This document shows positions 1 to 9,755 of a DNA stretch of 64,000 nucleotides, piece after piece (the stretch's first letter is position 1; the number at the start of each line of letters is the position of its first letter). The notes beneath the pieces were generated by a model. That model searched no databases. It saw only the letters and a list, made by a program, of their open reading frames with translations, and was not told the origin of the DNA. A program made the translations under genes and the position numbers. Origin of the DNA: Candidatus Bathyarchaeota archaeon (GTDB lineage Archaea; Thermoproteota; Bathyarchaeia; Bathyarchaeales; Bathycorpusculaceae); NCBI GenBank assembly GCA_963833575.1, contig CAWHXY010000004.1:128001-192000 (forward strand), read 5' to 3'.

Positions 1-187
1 TTTCTACATTTATGGAGACACCATGTGCAGTGGCATACGGACTGGCACTCCAACATGGGACTTCCGCTACAAAACCATAAAAGAATTTACTGAACTATCA
101 CTTGGGCTAAGACAGGTACAGTATAAAACGACAAGACCTGATACATTTAAACCACAAGAAAAGTGGGGCAGACAACTATTTCCATAG
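1..187 (+). CDS. 3' end of an unknown protein entering from the left edge (partial)
   Basis: Frame 2 is open from the window start to TAG at 185-187 (...FYIYGDTMCSGIRTGTPTWDFRYKTIKEF...GRQLFP*); no recognisable motif. Confidence 0.4.
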   Translation, partial: FYIYGDTMCSGIRTGTPTWDFRYKTIKEFTELSLGLRQVQYKTTRPDTFKPQEKWGRQLFP

Positions 188-308
188 AATTATTTTTGAA
201 ATCTAGGCTCTTTTTAACCCGCATTTCAAGATTTTCCCCAATTAGGTTATTAAGCGAGTTTTAGACAACTAACCTTCAAACTCTGTTAACAAAATGAGGT
301 AACTGTGT

Positions 309-1091
309 ATGTCTAAAGCTAAAGTCGGCATCTCAATGCTCTATTGCTTGGGCGAACCATTCAATCGCATGGTTAAACGTTTAGGCACGATGAACACACG
401 AACCGTTGAAGTTTTGGATGACGGAACCCACGAACTTAACAAAAACAGAATCAGCACTCTTAAAGAAACCGCCAAATCCTTTAGCATAGAATATACCTTG
501 CATGCTCCTTTCGCAGACATTAACATCGCTTCCCCATCTAAAACCATGCTAAAGGCTTCTATGAAACGCCTCAAACAATCCATGATTTACGCAAACCAAT
601 TAGATGCTAAAGTTTGGGTTTTCCATCCTGGAGCAAAAACAGGCATAGGCCAATTCTATCCTGGCGCTGACTGGAAGCAAAATATTGAAAGCATTCAAGA
701 TCTCTACAAAATTGCTGAAGAATATGGCATAAACATGGCTTTGGAGAATTTGCCTGCAAAATACTATTTCTTCATGAGTAAACCAGAAGAGTTTGCTCGT
801 TTCTATCGTGAAACAAACTTGCCTGTTGGCATTGTCTTGGACATCGGACATGCTAATTTGGAAGGTCAAATTGAACCGTTCTTCAAATTGCTAGCAGACA
901 AAATTGTTCATGTACACGCTAGCGACAACGATGGCTCAGATGATCAGCACTTAGGCATAGGGCTAGGCAAAATCGATTATAACGCATTCGCGCAAACCCT
1001 AACACAAATAGGATATAACAAATCTGTAATAATCGAATCCATTACAAACGTGCCAGAAAGCATCCAGAAACTAAAAGCACTTCTCGCTTAG
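309..1091 (+). CDS. Sugar phosphate isomerase/epimerase / AP-endonuclease-2 family TIM-barrel protein
   Basis: Motifs TLHAPF.DINIAS, VFHPG, ALENLP, LDIGHA, HVHASDN.G..D.H, IIE; SD GAGGT upstream. Confidence 0.85.
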   Translation: MSKAKVGISMLYCLGEPFNRMVKRLGTMNTRTVEVLDDGTHELNKNRISTLKETAKSFSIEYTLHAPFADINIASPSKTMLKASMKRLKQSMIYANQLDAKVWVFHPGAKTGIGQFYPGADWKQNIESIQDLYKIAEEYGINMALENLPAKYYFFMSKPEEFARFYRETNLPVGIVLDIGHANLEGQIEPFFKLLADKIVHVHASDNDGSDDQHLGIGLGKIDYNAFAQTLTQIGYNKSVIIESITNVPESIQKLKALLA

Positions 1092-2011
1092 CTTTCTTTA
1101 AGCGGCAATTCCAGCTCCAAAAAATCCTCAGCTACGATTGTGTTAGCAAATATTTTTTTGGCTTGGTCTAAAAGCAATGTGGCATCTGGGTACCTTGCGC
1201 TGATATGTGTCAAAACCAACTGTTTTGCTCCTGCAGCTTTCGTTTCTTCTGCTGCCTGGCTAGGCGTCGAATGCCCATCCAACCTCGCTTTCTCTATCAA
1301 TGAATCGTCAAAGGTGCTCTCATGAATCACCAAATCGGCGTTTTCCGCAAACTTCGCAAACCCTTCGAATGGTCGAGTATCCCCTGTGTAAACAATTTTT
1401 CTTCCAGCCCTAAGCGGCCCCATCACATCGCTTGGCTTAACCACTTTGCCATCAGCAAGTTTAATCTCATGTCCAGCTTGAAGCTTAGACCATAACTCAC
1501 CTTTGGGAACAGCAAATGCTTGGGCTTTTTTAGGGTAAAATTTTCCAGGTCGCGGCTTTTCCAAAAATGCATAAGCATAACTTTGAACTGCATGATCAGA
1601 CTTGATGCCTATTACGGTATAATCTTCTTCATTTAGAATTTCGCCCTCATTGAGAATCTCGTTAATTTCTACTGGAAATGTTAAGCCAAAATTGAGGGTT
1701 TCTTTGGTGCAAACTAGAAAATCCTTAATCCCCGGCGGTCCATAAATTGTAACTGGTTCTTTGCGATCCATTAGTGCCATAGTTTGAAGAACCCCTGGCA
1801 ACCCCAACACGTGGTCTCCATGCAGGTGGGTGAGGAAGACTTTTAGTTTTTTGTGAAAACTCACTTTTCCCTGCATCATCTGTCGCTGAGTATTTTCGCC
1901 GCAGTCAAACATCCAGAGCCCCTTAGGACACTGAACGACAACAGAAGGCAAGCTACGCTTTAGAGTTGGTACGCTGCCGCTGGTTCCCAGAAACACCACT
2001 CGAATACTCAT
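1088..2011 (-). CDS. rnz: Ribonuclease Z
   Basis: FLGTSGSVPT, DCGE, THLHGDHVLG, GP-rich exosite arm, YTGDT, IHEST, HST, LTHISARY. Confidence 0.95.
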   Translation of the reverse strand: MSIRVVFLGTSGSVPTLKRSLPSVVVQCPKGLWMFDCGENTQRQMMQGKVSFHKKLKVFLTHLHGDHVLGLPGVLQTMALMDRKEPVTIYGPPGIKDFLVCTKETLNFGLTFPVEINEILNEGEILNEEDYTVIGIKSDHAVQSYAYAFLEKPRPGKFYPKKAQAFAVPKGELWSKLQAGHEIKLADGKVVKPSDVMGPLRAGRKIVYTGDTRPFEGFAKFAENADLVIHESTFDDSLIEKARLDGHSTPSQAAEETKAAGAKQLVLTHISARYPDATLLLDQAKKIFANTIVAEDFLELELPLKES

Positions 2012-3057
2012 TGTTTTTGCACCTTTTCGAACACGGCTATTTCCCTTGTCAGACTTCTATGGATGAAGGCGAAATGGGACTCCACATGTCTATAGCCTAA
2101 AGCTTCGCCCAACGCTTTAAGCTGTAATGTTTTAGGAGAGGCAATACAAATCCGTTGCCCCACTCCCAACAAACCGTACGTTGAAGCCAAAACATCCTGC
2201 ACCAACTGCTTAGTCGTAGATTTTAACGTACTGGAGGATCTTCCATAAGGAGGGTCAGTAACCACACAATCAACCTTATAGAATGGCAACTTACGAGCAT
2301 CAGCCAAAACCAGCCCTTCAGCCGATATGTTGAAAAAACGCAGGTTTTTTCTGGTGCCTCCAATCATTCGTCTCTGAGCGTCTACACCTACTGCTCTGCA
2401 GCCGATGTAGGTGGCTTCAATTAGCGAAGTGCCAGTCCCGCAAAATGGATCGAGCACCAAAGCCTCAGTTTTGCCATGGGCTAAGTTTACCATGCAACGT
2501 GCCATCTTAGAGGGCATCGCAGATGGGTGAAAAAAGGGTTTTTTGCGTGGTCTACGCTCTGAGAAAGTTTTTGAGGTTATATCTGTGAGTTTTAAACCTA
2601 AAATTAGCTTTTCATCAGTTATTATGCCTAGGAATGTTTTATCTGGGTTCTTTAGGCTTACTTTTGTCCCTTCGGTTCTATCTAATATTTGCTTGCCTAG
2701 TTTGCCTTCAAGCACCATTGTATTCAACGCTTCGTCAGCGTAGTTTTTAATGCGGTTGATCCGCACAGCGAAGCTTTCGCCAGCTTTTAGCACAGATTTG
2801 AAGTCGGTCTCGGAAGCCGCCTTTGCAACATCATTGTGGTTTGCGTTCGATACAAAAAGCTCTAACGCACAAACGCGTGTGTACGCTGAGCGAACTTGAA
2901 TCGTTTGCACGCTACCCAGCTCTGCTTCCAAACGCAGGATCTGATCAAATTCATCAGCATTCTTGTATTGGTAGCCTTCAGCTTCCAAAATCGCTTTAAC
3001 TTCGGCTGCAGGCAGGGATTTGTTCTCGCCTGATAATAGAAAGAATAGTTTAGGCAC
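2008..3057 (-). CDS. trm11: tRNA (guanine(10)-N2)-methyltransferase, THUMP domain plus Rossmann MTase
   Basis: LSGE...L..AE N-terminus, THUMP-like domain, RRP.KKPFFHPS, LDPFCGTG, TDPPYGRSS, HRSLTR. Confidence 0.9.
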   Translation of the reverse strand: MPKLFFLLSGENKSLPAAEVKAILEAEGYQYKNADEFDQILRLEAELGSVQTIQVRSAYTRVCALELFVSNANHNDVAKAASETDFKSVLKAGESFAVRINRIKNYADEALNTMVLEGKLGKQILDRTEGTKVSLKNPDKTFLGIITDEKLILGLKLTDITSKTFSERRPRKKPFFHPSAMPSKMARCMVNLAHGKTEALVLDPFCGTGTSLIEATYIGCRAVGVDAQRRMIGGTRKNLRFFNISAEGLVLADARKLPFYKVDCVVTDPPYGRSSSTLKSTTKQLVQDVLASTYGLLGVGQRICIASPKTLQLKALGEALGYRHVESHFAFIHRSLTREIAVFEKVQKQ

Positions 3058-3938
3058 TATTTCCGCGCCTTAAGTTCTTGACTAATAAGCGGTGCCAAAG
3101 AAACCTTACTAACGTTGCCAGGAACGCTGTCAGTGCCTACTATTTCCTCCACACCAGCGTCCAAAATGCGCTTCTCTGCATCTCCAATTAGTAAGCCATG
3201 GACACACCCACAGAAAACATGTTTGGCGCCTTGTTCACAAAGAATTTTTGCGGCTCCTACTATGGTGCCCCCAGTGCTGATAATATCGTCTAAGATGATG
3301 ACGGTTTGACCTTTCACGTTTAAGCCCTCTGCGGTCTGTTTGGTTTGTCCAGTATATCGGTCACGCACTTTATCCAAATGCCCCACTTCGCCGCCTAAAA
3401 CTGCCTGCGCTTGTTTCGCAATATACATAGCACCTTTGTCAGGAGACAGGGCAAATGCACCTTTGAAGCCCTTATCAACAAAGTGTTGTGCCAAAAATGG
3501 TATGGCACTTACTGTTTTGGCTGGAAACGGAAACTGTGTAAGCGCGGATTCTGAGTGAATGTTAACTGTGACTAATTCGTCGATTCCAGCGGCTTTGAGC
3601 ATCTTTGCGATAGTTTCAACGCTGATTCCTTCGCCTGCCAGAAACATCTTGTCTTGACGCGCATATGCCAAATATGGAACAACAGCGGTGATTTTATTTG
3701 CTCCTCCACGCTTGGCGGCGTCAGCCATGAATGCTAACTGAAAAAGCCGTCCATCCTGAGCAGGAGGACAAGTCGTCTGAACAATAACTACTTCTTCGCC
3801 CTGCACGCTACCTTCCAAACGCACATACGATTCCCCATCAGGAAAAATCTTGGCTGCAACAGGAATATTTTGGTAGCCTGTCAAGCTTGAAACTTTTTCA
3901 GCGAGATCTTTGGATGCTGGACCAGAGATAATTTTCAT
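3057..3938 (-). CDS. prs: Ribose-phosphate pyrophosphokinase
   Basis: FPDGESYVR, PYLAYARQDK, SPDKGA, DDIISTGGT, CVHG. Confidence 0.95.
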   Translation of the reverse strand: MKIISGPASKDLAEKVSSLTGYQNIPVAAKIFPDGESYVRLEGSVQGEEVVIVQTTCPPAQDGRLFQLAFMADAAKRGGANKITAVVPYLAYARQDKMFLAGEGISVETIAKMLKAAGIDELVTVNIHSESALTQFPFPAKTVSAIPFLAQHFVDKGFKGAFALSPDKGAMYIAKQAQAVLGGEVGHLDKVRDRYTGQTKQTAEGLNVKGQTVIILDDIISTGGTIVGAAKILCEQGAKHVFCGCVHGLLIGDAEKRILDAGVEEIVGTDSVPGNVSKVSLAPLISQELKARK

Positions 3939-4074
3939 CTAACTTTAGCCTCTTGCCCTTTAAAATACAAGTTCAGGTTTTAAGGCTTTATCCATTTTTC
4001 ATAACAACATCAGAGAATTTTGCATAATAGTTTTAAGCTTAACTCATTTTTTCATTGGCAAAGGTTGAATATCT

Positions 4075-4857
4075 ATGGATACTTGGCGTTTTCTGCCTCT
4101 TGAAACCAACAATGCCTTCATGAATATGGCAATTGACGAGGCAATCCTAACGGCTCGAATCTCTGGGCAAGTTCCAAACACACTGAGGTTTTATCGTTGG
4201 CAACCATCTGCTGTCAGCATTGGCAAAAACCAAAACCCTCAAACTGAGATTTACCTTGATGCTTGCCAAAAGCTGGGGGTTGATGTAGTTCGGCGGATTA
4301 GTGGAGGCGGCACTGTTTATCATGATTTTGAGGGCGAAATCACCTACAGCGTTATCGCTAAAGTTGCTGACTTGGGCACCGCCGACGTTACCTCTGTTTA
4401 CGTGAAAATTTACGAGGCGATAAAGGATGCACTTAGACTTCTGGGGATAACCGCAGACTTCAGCTCTGGCGACGCAAAAAACTGCCCAAACATGACTGTT
4501 GCCGGCAAAAAGATTTCAGGCAGCAGCCAAACCATCACGCGAGGAGTTGTTCTTCAGCATGGAACTTTGTTACGAAGTGTAGATTTGCCAAAAATGTTTC
4601 AGCTCTTAAAACTTAAAGATGCAAGTTGCACTCAAGCCGCCGATATAGCCAAACGTAAAATTACCAGTATCCAAAACGAATTAGGCCACACTGTTATGCC
4701 TGAAACGATCGCCAACGCTCTCGCACAGGGGTTTAAAGCCATCCTAAAGATTCAACTTGAGCTGGGCAAATTATCTCCCACTGAAGCTGAGCTTGCAAAT
4801 AAACTCTCCAAAGACAAGTACTCCTTCAAAGAATGGAATTTTGTTAACAAAAACTAA
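4075..4857 (+). CDS. lplA: Lipoate-protein ligase A / LipM-type catalytic domain (no C-terminal domain)
   Basis: NMAIDEA, LRFYRW, SIGKNQ, RRISGGGTVYHD, KKISGS, LQHGT. Confidence 0.85.
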   Translation: MDTWRFLPLETNNAFMNMAIDEAILTARISGQVPNTLRFYRWQPSAVSIGKNQNPQTEIYLDACQKLGVDVVRRISGGGTVYHDFEGEITYSVIAKVADLGTADVTSVYVKIYEAIKDALRLLGITADFSSGDAKNCPNMTVAGKKISGSSQTITRGVVLQHGTLLRSVDLPKMFQLLKLKDASCTQAADIAKRKITSIQNELGHTVMPETIANALAQGFKAILKIQLELGKLSPTEAELANKLSKDKYSFKEWNFVNKN

Positions 4858-4920
4858 AGATGTAACTTGTGTCAGCCTACACTGTCTCCACCTTACCTGT
4901 TTTTGGCTTGATATTCGCGA

Positions 4921-5010
4921 TTAAATACGATTGAACGCGACTAAACTAGCTTAAAAGAGCTTGAAATAGCTTAAAAGGGCTTAAGCTGGCTTAAAATAGC
5001 TTAAAATACA
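4921..5010. repeat. 10-bp-period tandem array, consensus TTAAAATAGC, about 9 degenerate units
   Basis: Consecutive units ttaaatacga ttgaacgcga ctaaactagc ttaaaagagc ttgaaatagc ttaaaagggc ttaagctggc ttaaaatagc ttaaaataca. Confidence 0.85.
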
Positions 5011-5150
5011 CTCAACCTACAAACGATTCAGACCCTAAATCAAAAAAGCAACTTAAAGCAAACAGAAATTTTTTTTCCCCAGAAATCCTCGTTAAAGATT
5101 GATTAAAAGCAATTTTGAGCTATAATTTGGCTCCACAGCAACTCGATTAA

Positions 5151-5210
5151 TAATGTCAAAAAATGTCAATTTGTGTCAAATTGTGTCAAATTATGTCAAA
5201 AAATGTATCA
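5151..5210. repeat. 10-bp-period tandem array with TGTCAA core, 5-6 units
   Basis: taatgtcaaa aaatgtcaat ttgtgtcaaa ttgtgtcaaa ttatgtcaaa aaatgtatca. Confidence 0.9.
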
Positions 5211-5314
5211 ACCTGCAGCCAATTCAAGCCCCAAACCAAAAAAACAACCCAAAACCCAAAGAAAAAAATTGCACCAAAAAATGCAAATATAAAGAACTTA
5301 ACTGAAGTAGAAAG

Positions 5315-5791
5315 TTATGGTTTTCTGTATAGGTAGATTGTGTGTGAGGGGTAGCCTAGTTGGGGGTTTTCGCAGAAATTTTCAACTTTTTCTGGGTGCC
5401 AACCTATAATTTCGTAGTCATGTGAGACTACACGAGCGCCTTTTTTCAGGTCGCTGTCGAGTTTGGGTCTGATCTTCTCATTTGCACTGGTGGTTAAGTA
5501 TAGGTAGACTACGTCTGCTGAGGTTAAGTTAACGTTAAACATGTCACTGTTCACGATGGTTACTCTGTCTTCTAAACCATTCTCGTGAATGTTACTCATC
5601 GCTTTTTTCGCCAAATCTTCCCGCAACTCTATTCCTACACCTCTTGCACCGAAAGTTTTAGCTGCCATAATAACTGTTCTGCCATCTCCAGAGCCCATAT
5701 CAAACAGAACTTCACCAGCTTTCAAACCAGACAATTTCAGCATATATTCTACAACGGTGTTTGGACTTGGAACAAAAGGAGCAATAAACAT
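5315..5791 (-). CDS. Class I SAM-dependent methyltransferase, archaeal protein-lysine methyltransferase (aKMT/FAM173-like)
   Basis: APFVPSP, LFDMGSGDGR, GVGIE, ADVVYLYL, RVVSHDY..GW.P; SD GAGGT. Confidence 0.75.
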   Translation of the reverse strand: MFIAPFVPSPNTVVEYMLKLSGLKAGEVLFDMGSGDGRTVIMAAKTFGARGVGIELREDLAKKAMSNIHENGLEDRVTIVNSDMFNVNLTSADVVYLYLTTSANEKIRPKLDSDLKKGARVVSHDYEIIGWHPEKVENFCENPQLGYPSHTIYLYRKP

Positions 5792-5826
5792 TCAATACCT
5801 CACCTTTCCAAAATTACCAATCATGC

Positions 5827-6153
5827 TTACGCCACATATGCATCTTTTTTCGGAACCGGCCGTCTAGCTTCGCCACATTTTACGCAGCTTTGACCGCACA
5901 ATTCAAGATATTTTTCTTCATCCGCCGACCCGACTGCTTTAGCTGCCTTAGTACAGAGTTCGCTAGGTTCAGAGCAACCTTCCTCTTTGCACAGATTTGA
6001 AATATATTGGCAAATTTCCTGAACATCTTTAGGTTCCAACACAGCCCTATTTGTACGAACAAGCAAGCAAAGTTCCCTTGCCATAACACAGGTTTTGACG
6101 TATTTAACTCGTTCAAGAACTTCATCGCGTAGATTCTTTCGGCTTATTTCCAC
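5827..6153 (-). CDS. Small Cys-rich hypothetical protein
   Basis: 108-aa ORF with 9 Cys, SD-like AGGAG upstream, 35 bp upstream of and co-oriented with the methyltransferase. Confidence 0.7.
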   Translation of the reverse strand: MEISRKNLRDEVLERVKYVKTCVMARELCLLVRTNRAVLEPKDVQEICQYISNLCKEEGCSEPSELCTKAAKAVGSADEEKYLELCGQSCVKCGEARRPVPKKDAYVA

Positions 6154-6268
6154 TCTTTTTTTATCTCCTGCAGGTGCTATAAGCAGATAACCAGAAATAG
6201 CAGGTCTAGGTTTAAAAAGCTGCTGTTATTCCCCCAAGACACACAATTCTATAAAGAGTTAACAGTAC

Positions 6269-9139
6269 TCAGAATCGTTTGCTCAAGGATTTACGTTCAG
6301 CCTCCATAACCAACTCGTAAAATCGGTCTGAGGGCTTAGGCTCCTTCTCCAGAACAACCGCAATATCAGCAGTTAAGACTCGTCTGGCGCTCAACGCTGT
6401 AGCAGCGGCTTTTCCATATTTCTCAATCAACTCAGCGGTACGCTTTGCTTGCAACTGCATTTTTTCTTCATCCTTAGCTAAATGTCCCTTCTTCTCAATT
6501 AACGGCAAAGCCTTCTCCTCATCAACCTTCAGTAATCCAAGCGCGAAAGAGCCACATCTGGGGCATTTTGGTTTGTCAGGTAAATCTTTTATTCGAATGG
6601 TCTCCATGTAATCCCAACAGTTCGTGCAAACAAAATTGCCTGATTCATTAAGTAATCGCGCTTTGGCTGCTGCAACAAGAACAGCGCGCATTTTCTCAGG
6701 AGGAATCAAATCGGTTTTCATACTTACCCGTTCAATTCCCACACGAGCAACAGGCGTCGCATCTCCACCAGTTGCAACAACTTGAAAGCCAACATCACCA
6801 TCATGAAAACGCTTTAGAACCATAACAAGCCCGTCTACATCAAGGTCTTTAGAGAAAACCTCCTTCAACCCCTCCTCATAAATTGGTGTTCCCTCAAAGC
6901 TAGTAATCAACTTCTGAATGCTTACGTTACTGAAGTCAGCCCACTTCTTTAATGCACCAAAACGCCTAGCTACCTGTATCACACGGCGCTTGAATAATCC
7001 CGTCTTAACGGTTGACCTAGTTAACGTGTCCTTAGCTACTTGCGTACTCATGTTTTTCAATTCATCAAAAACCTTAACCAGCCGTTCAGCGCTCATACTT
7101 CCCATAGTTTGCACGAAAATGCGGTAAGGATCATGCTGAACAACCATACCGCGCCCAAGCTTATCAGACAAAACTTCTCCAAGCAACTGGGCTAAAGCCC
7201 GATTAATTAATGAACCAAAATTAGAGTGAATAATAACAAATTCACCCCAATCCTCAAGCACAACACGTTTTAGGGTTGGAACTGCATAACCAGCATTAAC
7301 TTGCTCCACTGTTTCCGCCAACGCATGTAAAATCGTCTCGGCATCAGCAGGATAACGTTCAGAAAGTAAAACGCTAACCTGTTTAGGAGAAAAGCCACTG
7401 TGAATTTTATCCTCTGCAAAACCTCGTATTTCAGCTAGCTCCTGCGCTATCGCGTAGGGCACTGGAATTTCCTCGCCTATCCAGCTGGGAATCGAACCCG
7501 TGGGATCGTCAACAGGACGCACATACACTTTGTCTTCAGTAGCATGAATTATTTGCCATGGGCTACCCCTTATGATGAATTTCGTTCCCGGTTTGCCATA
7601 TTCCGCCATGAACGCTTCATCTAAGACACCAATAGATGTGTCTGTTGACTCATCAATGACCAGGAACTGTTTCTCTACAGGAATCATAGATAAATTATCG
7701 AAATAATATTCAAAGAGAGCCTTGGAACGCTGAGGCTTCAAAGCTACCTGATCTTCAAACGAAACCCACGCTAAACGCGGAAAACGCTCATGCATATATT
7801 TGAAAGCTTTTCCAACGTCTTCGATAGTTAAGTTTTCATATGGAGCAGCATTACGGGCTAACTCTAAAACACCGTTAAATTCTAAGCGTCTGTTTTTTAG
7901 CATCAAACCAGCAATCTGATGAACTAAAACATCGTAAGGCTTGTCTGGAATCTGCAGAGGCTCAAGCTCCTCGTTGAGTGCTCTGCGGGCAATAACTAAA
8001 GCTTCTAGTGTATCATCAGAATCCATGCCAATTATCACACCTTCAGCAACATCCCCATAAGTGTGACCGGCTCTTCCAACCCTTTGAATAAGCCTAGTAA
8101 CCTGCCGTGGACTCATATATTGAATAACAAAATCGATTCGTCCAACATCTATACCTAATTCGAGACTGCTGGTAGCAATTAAACCTTTAAGTTCACCACG
8201 TTTTAAACCGTTTTCCGCAGCTATCCGTGATACCTTAGCTAGCGAGCCATGATGGATAGATATTGGAAAATCAATATCCCACACCTTAAACCTGGAGGCT
8301 AAAACTTCTGAAATCGAACGTGTATTTGTAAAGAGTAAAACAGATTTTCGCTTATTCATGTAATCGCGAATAATACGCAGTCTAGCTGCTACCTCTGGAT
8401 GAGTATAAATTTTTGATGCAAACCGCACATCGTCTTCCGTTGGCTTAGGGTATATAACTTGCAGCTTGACCATTTTTGCAACAGGAACACGAATAATTTC
8501 TACTGGGCGCTTGGTGCCAACTAGGAACTGAGCGACCTTTTCTGGGCTGCCAATGGTGGCCGATAAACCAATCATCTGGAAGTCTTTTCCAGTCAGGCTT
8601 CTAACGCGTTCTAGCGCCAAGGATAATTGGCTTCCCCTCTTGCTATCCGCTAACTCGTGCACTTCATCAATAACTATCCATTTTAAAGCTTGAAGGTGTT
8701 GTCGCAGAACCCAACCAGAAAGTATAGCTTGCAAGGTTTCAGGAGTAGTTATTAAAATGTCTGGTGGACTACGCGATTGCCGTGTCCTTTCTTTTGTCTC
8801 AGTATCGCCATGTCTAACTGCAAGTTTTATATCTAGGCTGTTGCACCACCATTGAAGTCGATCAAGCATATCTCTGTTTAAAGCTCTTAAAGGGGTAATG
8901 TATAGGACTTTGATTCCCGGGGTTTTCGCTTCCCTTAGAAGCATGCTTAATACAGGCAGGAAGGCGGCTTCCGTTTTGCCTGTAGCCGTGGGTGAAATTA
9001 ACAAAACGTTTTTGCCTTCAAGTATTTTTGGGATTGTTTTTTCTTGAGGCTCAGTTGGTTTAGAGAAACCCTTCTGTTCTACGAGCCTTCGAACCGGCTT
9101 TACAAGCATATCAAAAGTGTTCTCGGAAGTTGCCTGCAC
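6269..9139 (-). CDS. lhr: Lhr-family DEAD/DEAH (SF2) helicase with C-terminal Zn finger
   Basis: SPTATGKT, ITPLRALN.D, TTPETL, IDEVHE, SAT, HHGSL, TSSLELGIDVG, QRVGRAGH, IPSW.GE; C-terminal CTNC...CPRC. Confidence 0.9.
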   Translation of the reverse strand: MQATSENTFDMLVKPVRRLVEQKGFSKPTEPQEKTIPKILEGKNVLLISPTATGKTEAAFLPVLSMLLREAKTPGIKVLYITPLRALNRDMLDRLQWWCNSLDIKLAVRHGDTETKERTRQSRSPPDILITTPETLQAILSGWVLRQHLQALKWIVIDEVHELADSKRGSQLSLALERVRSLTGKDFQMIGLSATIGSPEKVAQFLVGTKRPVEIIRVPVAKMVKLQVIYPKPTEDDVRFASKIYTHPEVAARLRIIRDYMNKRKSVLLFTNTRSISEVLASRFKVWDIDFPISIHHGSLAKVSRIAAENGLKRGELKGLIATSSLELGIDVGRIDFVIQYMSPRQVTRLIQRVGRAGHTYGDVAEGVIIGMDSDDTLEALVIARRALNEELEPLQIPDKPYDVLVHQIAGLMLKNRRLEFNGVLELARNAAPYENLTIEDVGKAFKYMHERFPRLAWVSFEDQVALKPQRSKALFEYYFDNLSMIPVEKQFLVIDESTDTSIGVLDEAFMAEYGKPGTKFIIRGSPWQIIHATEDKVYVRPVDDPTGSIPSWIGEEIPVPYAIAQELAEIRGFAEDKIHSGFSPKQVSVLLSERYPADAETILHALAETVEQVNAGYAVPTLKRVVLEDWGEFVIIHSNFGSLINRALAQLLGEVLSDKLGRGMVVQHDPYRIFVQTMGSMSAERLVKVFDELKNMSTQVAKDTLTRSTVKTGLFKRRVIQVARRFGALKKWADFSNVSIQKLITSFEGTPIYEEGLKEVFSKDLDVDGLVMVLKRFHDGDVGFQVVATGGDATPVARVGIERVSMKTDLIPPEKMRAVLVAAAKARLLNESGNFVCTNCWDYMETIRIKDLPDKPKCPRCGSFALGLLKVDEEKALPLIEKKGHLAKDEEKMQLQAKRTAELIEKYGKAAATALSARRVLTADIAVVLEKEPKPSDRFYELVMEAERKSLSKRF

Positions 9140-9449
9140 TATAAAGTTGACCTCGAATACTATGTTAAGCGGGTGGTCTGCTATAAAAGACGTTAGGAGT
9201 TTTACTACAATTCCGGTTTTGTAGCGTATTGCAATATTTCAAGCAATAGCTTGATTAATTATTATTGTTTTGCTTAATATTCAAGGTTTCATTAGAATGC
9301 TTTCAACCATTTCCTTTAAATGATCTCAAAGGCTTTGACAAAAATTTGTATAAATATAATGTTGAAATTGAAAATATCGATCTGAAAGCAATGGAAAGTT
9401 TTTTATCTATCAGCATAAACGATGGAGATAGGATATGGAGGAAATTAAA

Positions 9450-9623
9450 ATGGCGAAATGTCCAAAATGCGGAACTGAAGTTGCAAAACCAAAGAAGACA
9501 TGGAAAATGGCTGGCCGTCCAGATAAAGCTGGAAAACGTATGCAACTAGAAATCGGACTCTATGAATGCCCAACAAAATGTGGCCATGTATTCCGCGAAG
9601 TACTAAGCAAAAAGAAAATCTAA
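9450..9623 (+). CDS. Cren7-like chromatin protein, Zn-ribbon type
   Basis: MAKCPKCGTEVAKPKKTWKMAG...IGLYECPTKCGHVFR: P.K.W, IGL(F/Y) and FR pattern of Cren7 plus two Cys pairs; SD GGAGG at 9437-9441; U-rich tract downstream. Confidence 0.7.
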   Translation: MAKCPKCGTEVAKPKKTWKMAGRPDKAGKRMQLEIGLYECPTKCGHVFREVLSKKKI

Positions 9624-9654
9624 AAAATGCAACCGGAAAAACCTGTTGATTGCA

Positions 9655-9690
9655 CTATTTTGTCCTCTTTATTTTTTTCCTTATTTTTAT
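9655..9690 (+). terminator. Oligo-T tract, probable archaeal terminator of the Cren7-like gene
   Basis: ctattttgtcctctttatttttttccttattttt just downstream of the stop. Confidence 0.45.
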
Positions 9691-9755
9691 GACAAGTTTT
9701 AAAACATAGTAAGTTCTTATGAACTGGAATACTTTATGATTGTAGAGGCTAAAAT

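Noticed and set aside
4921-5210. Repeat arrays as a CRISPR array
   Set aside because: The units are 10 bp and contiguous with no unique spacers, and there are no cas genes in the window.
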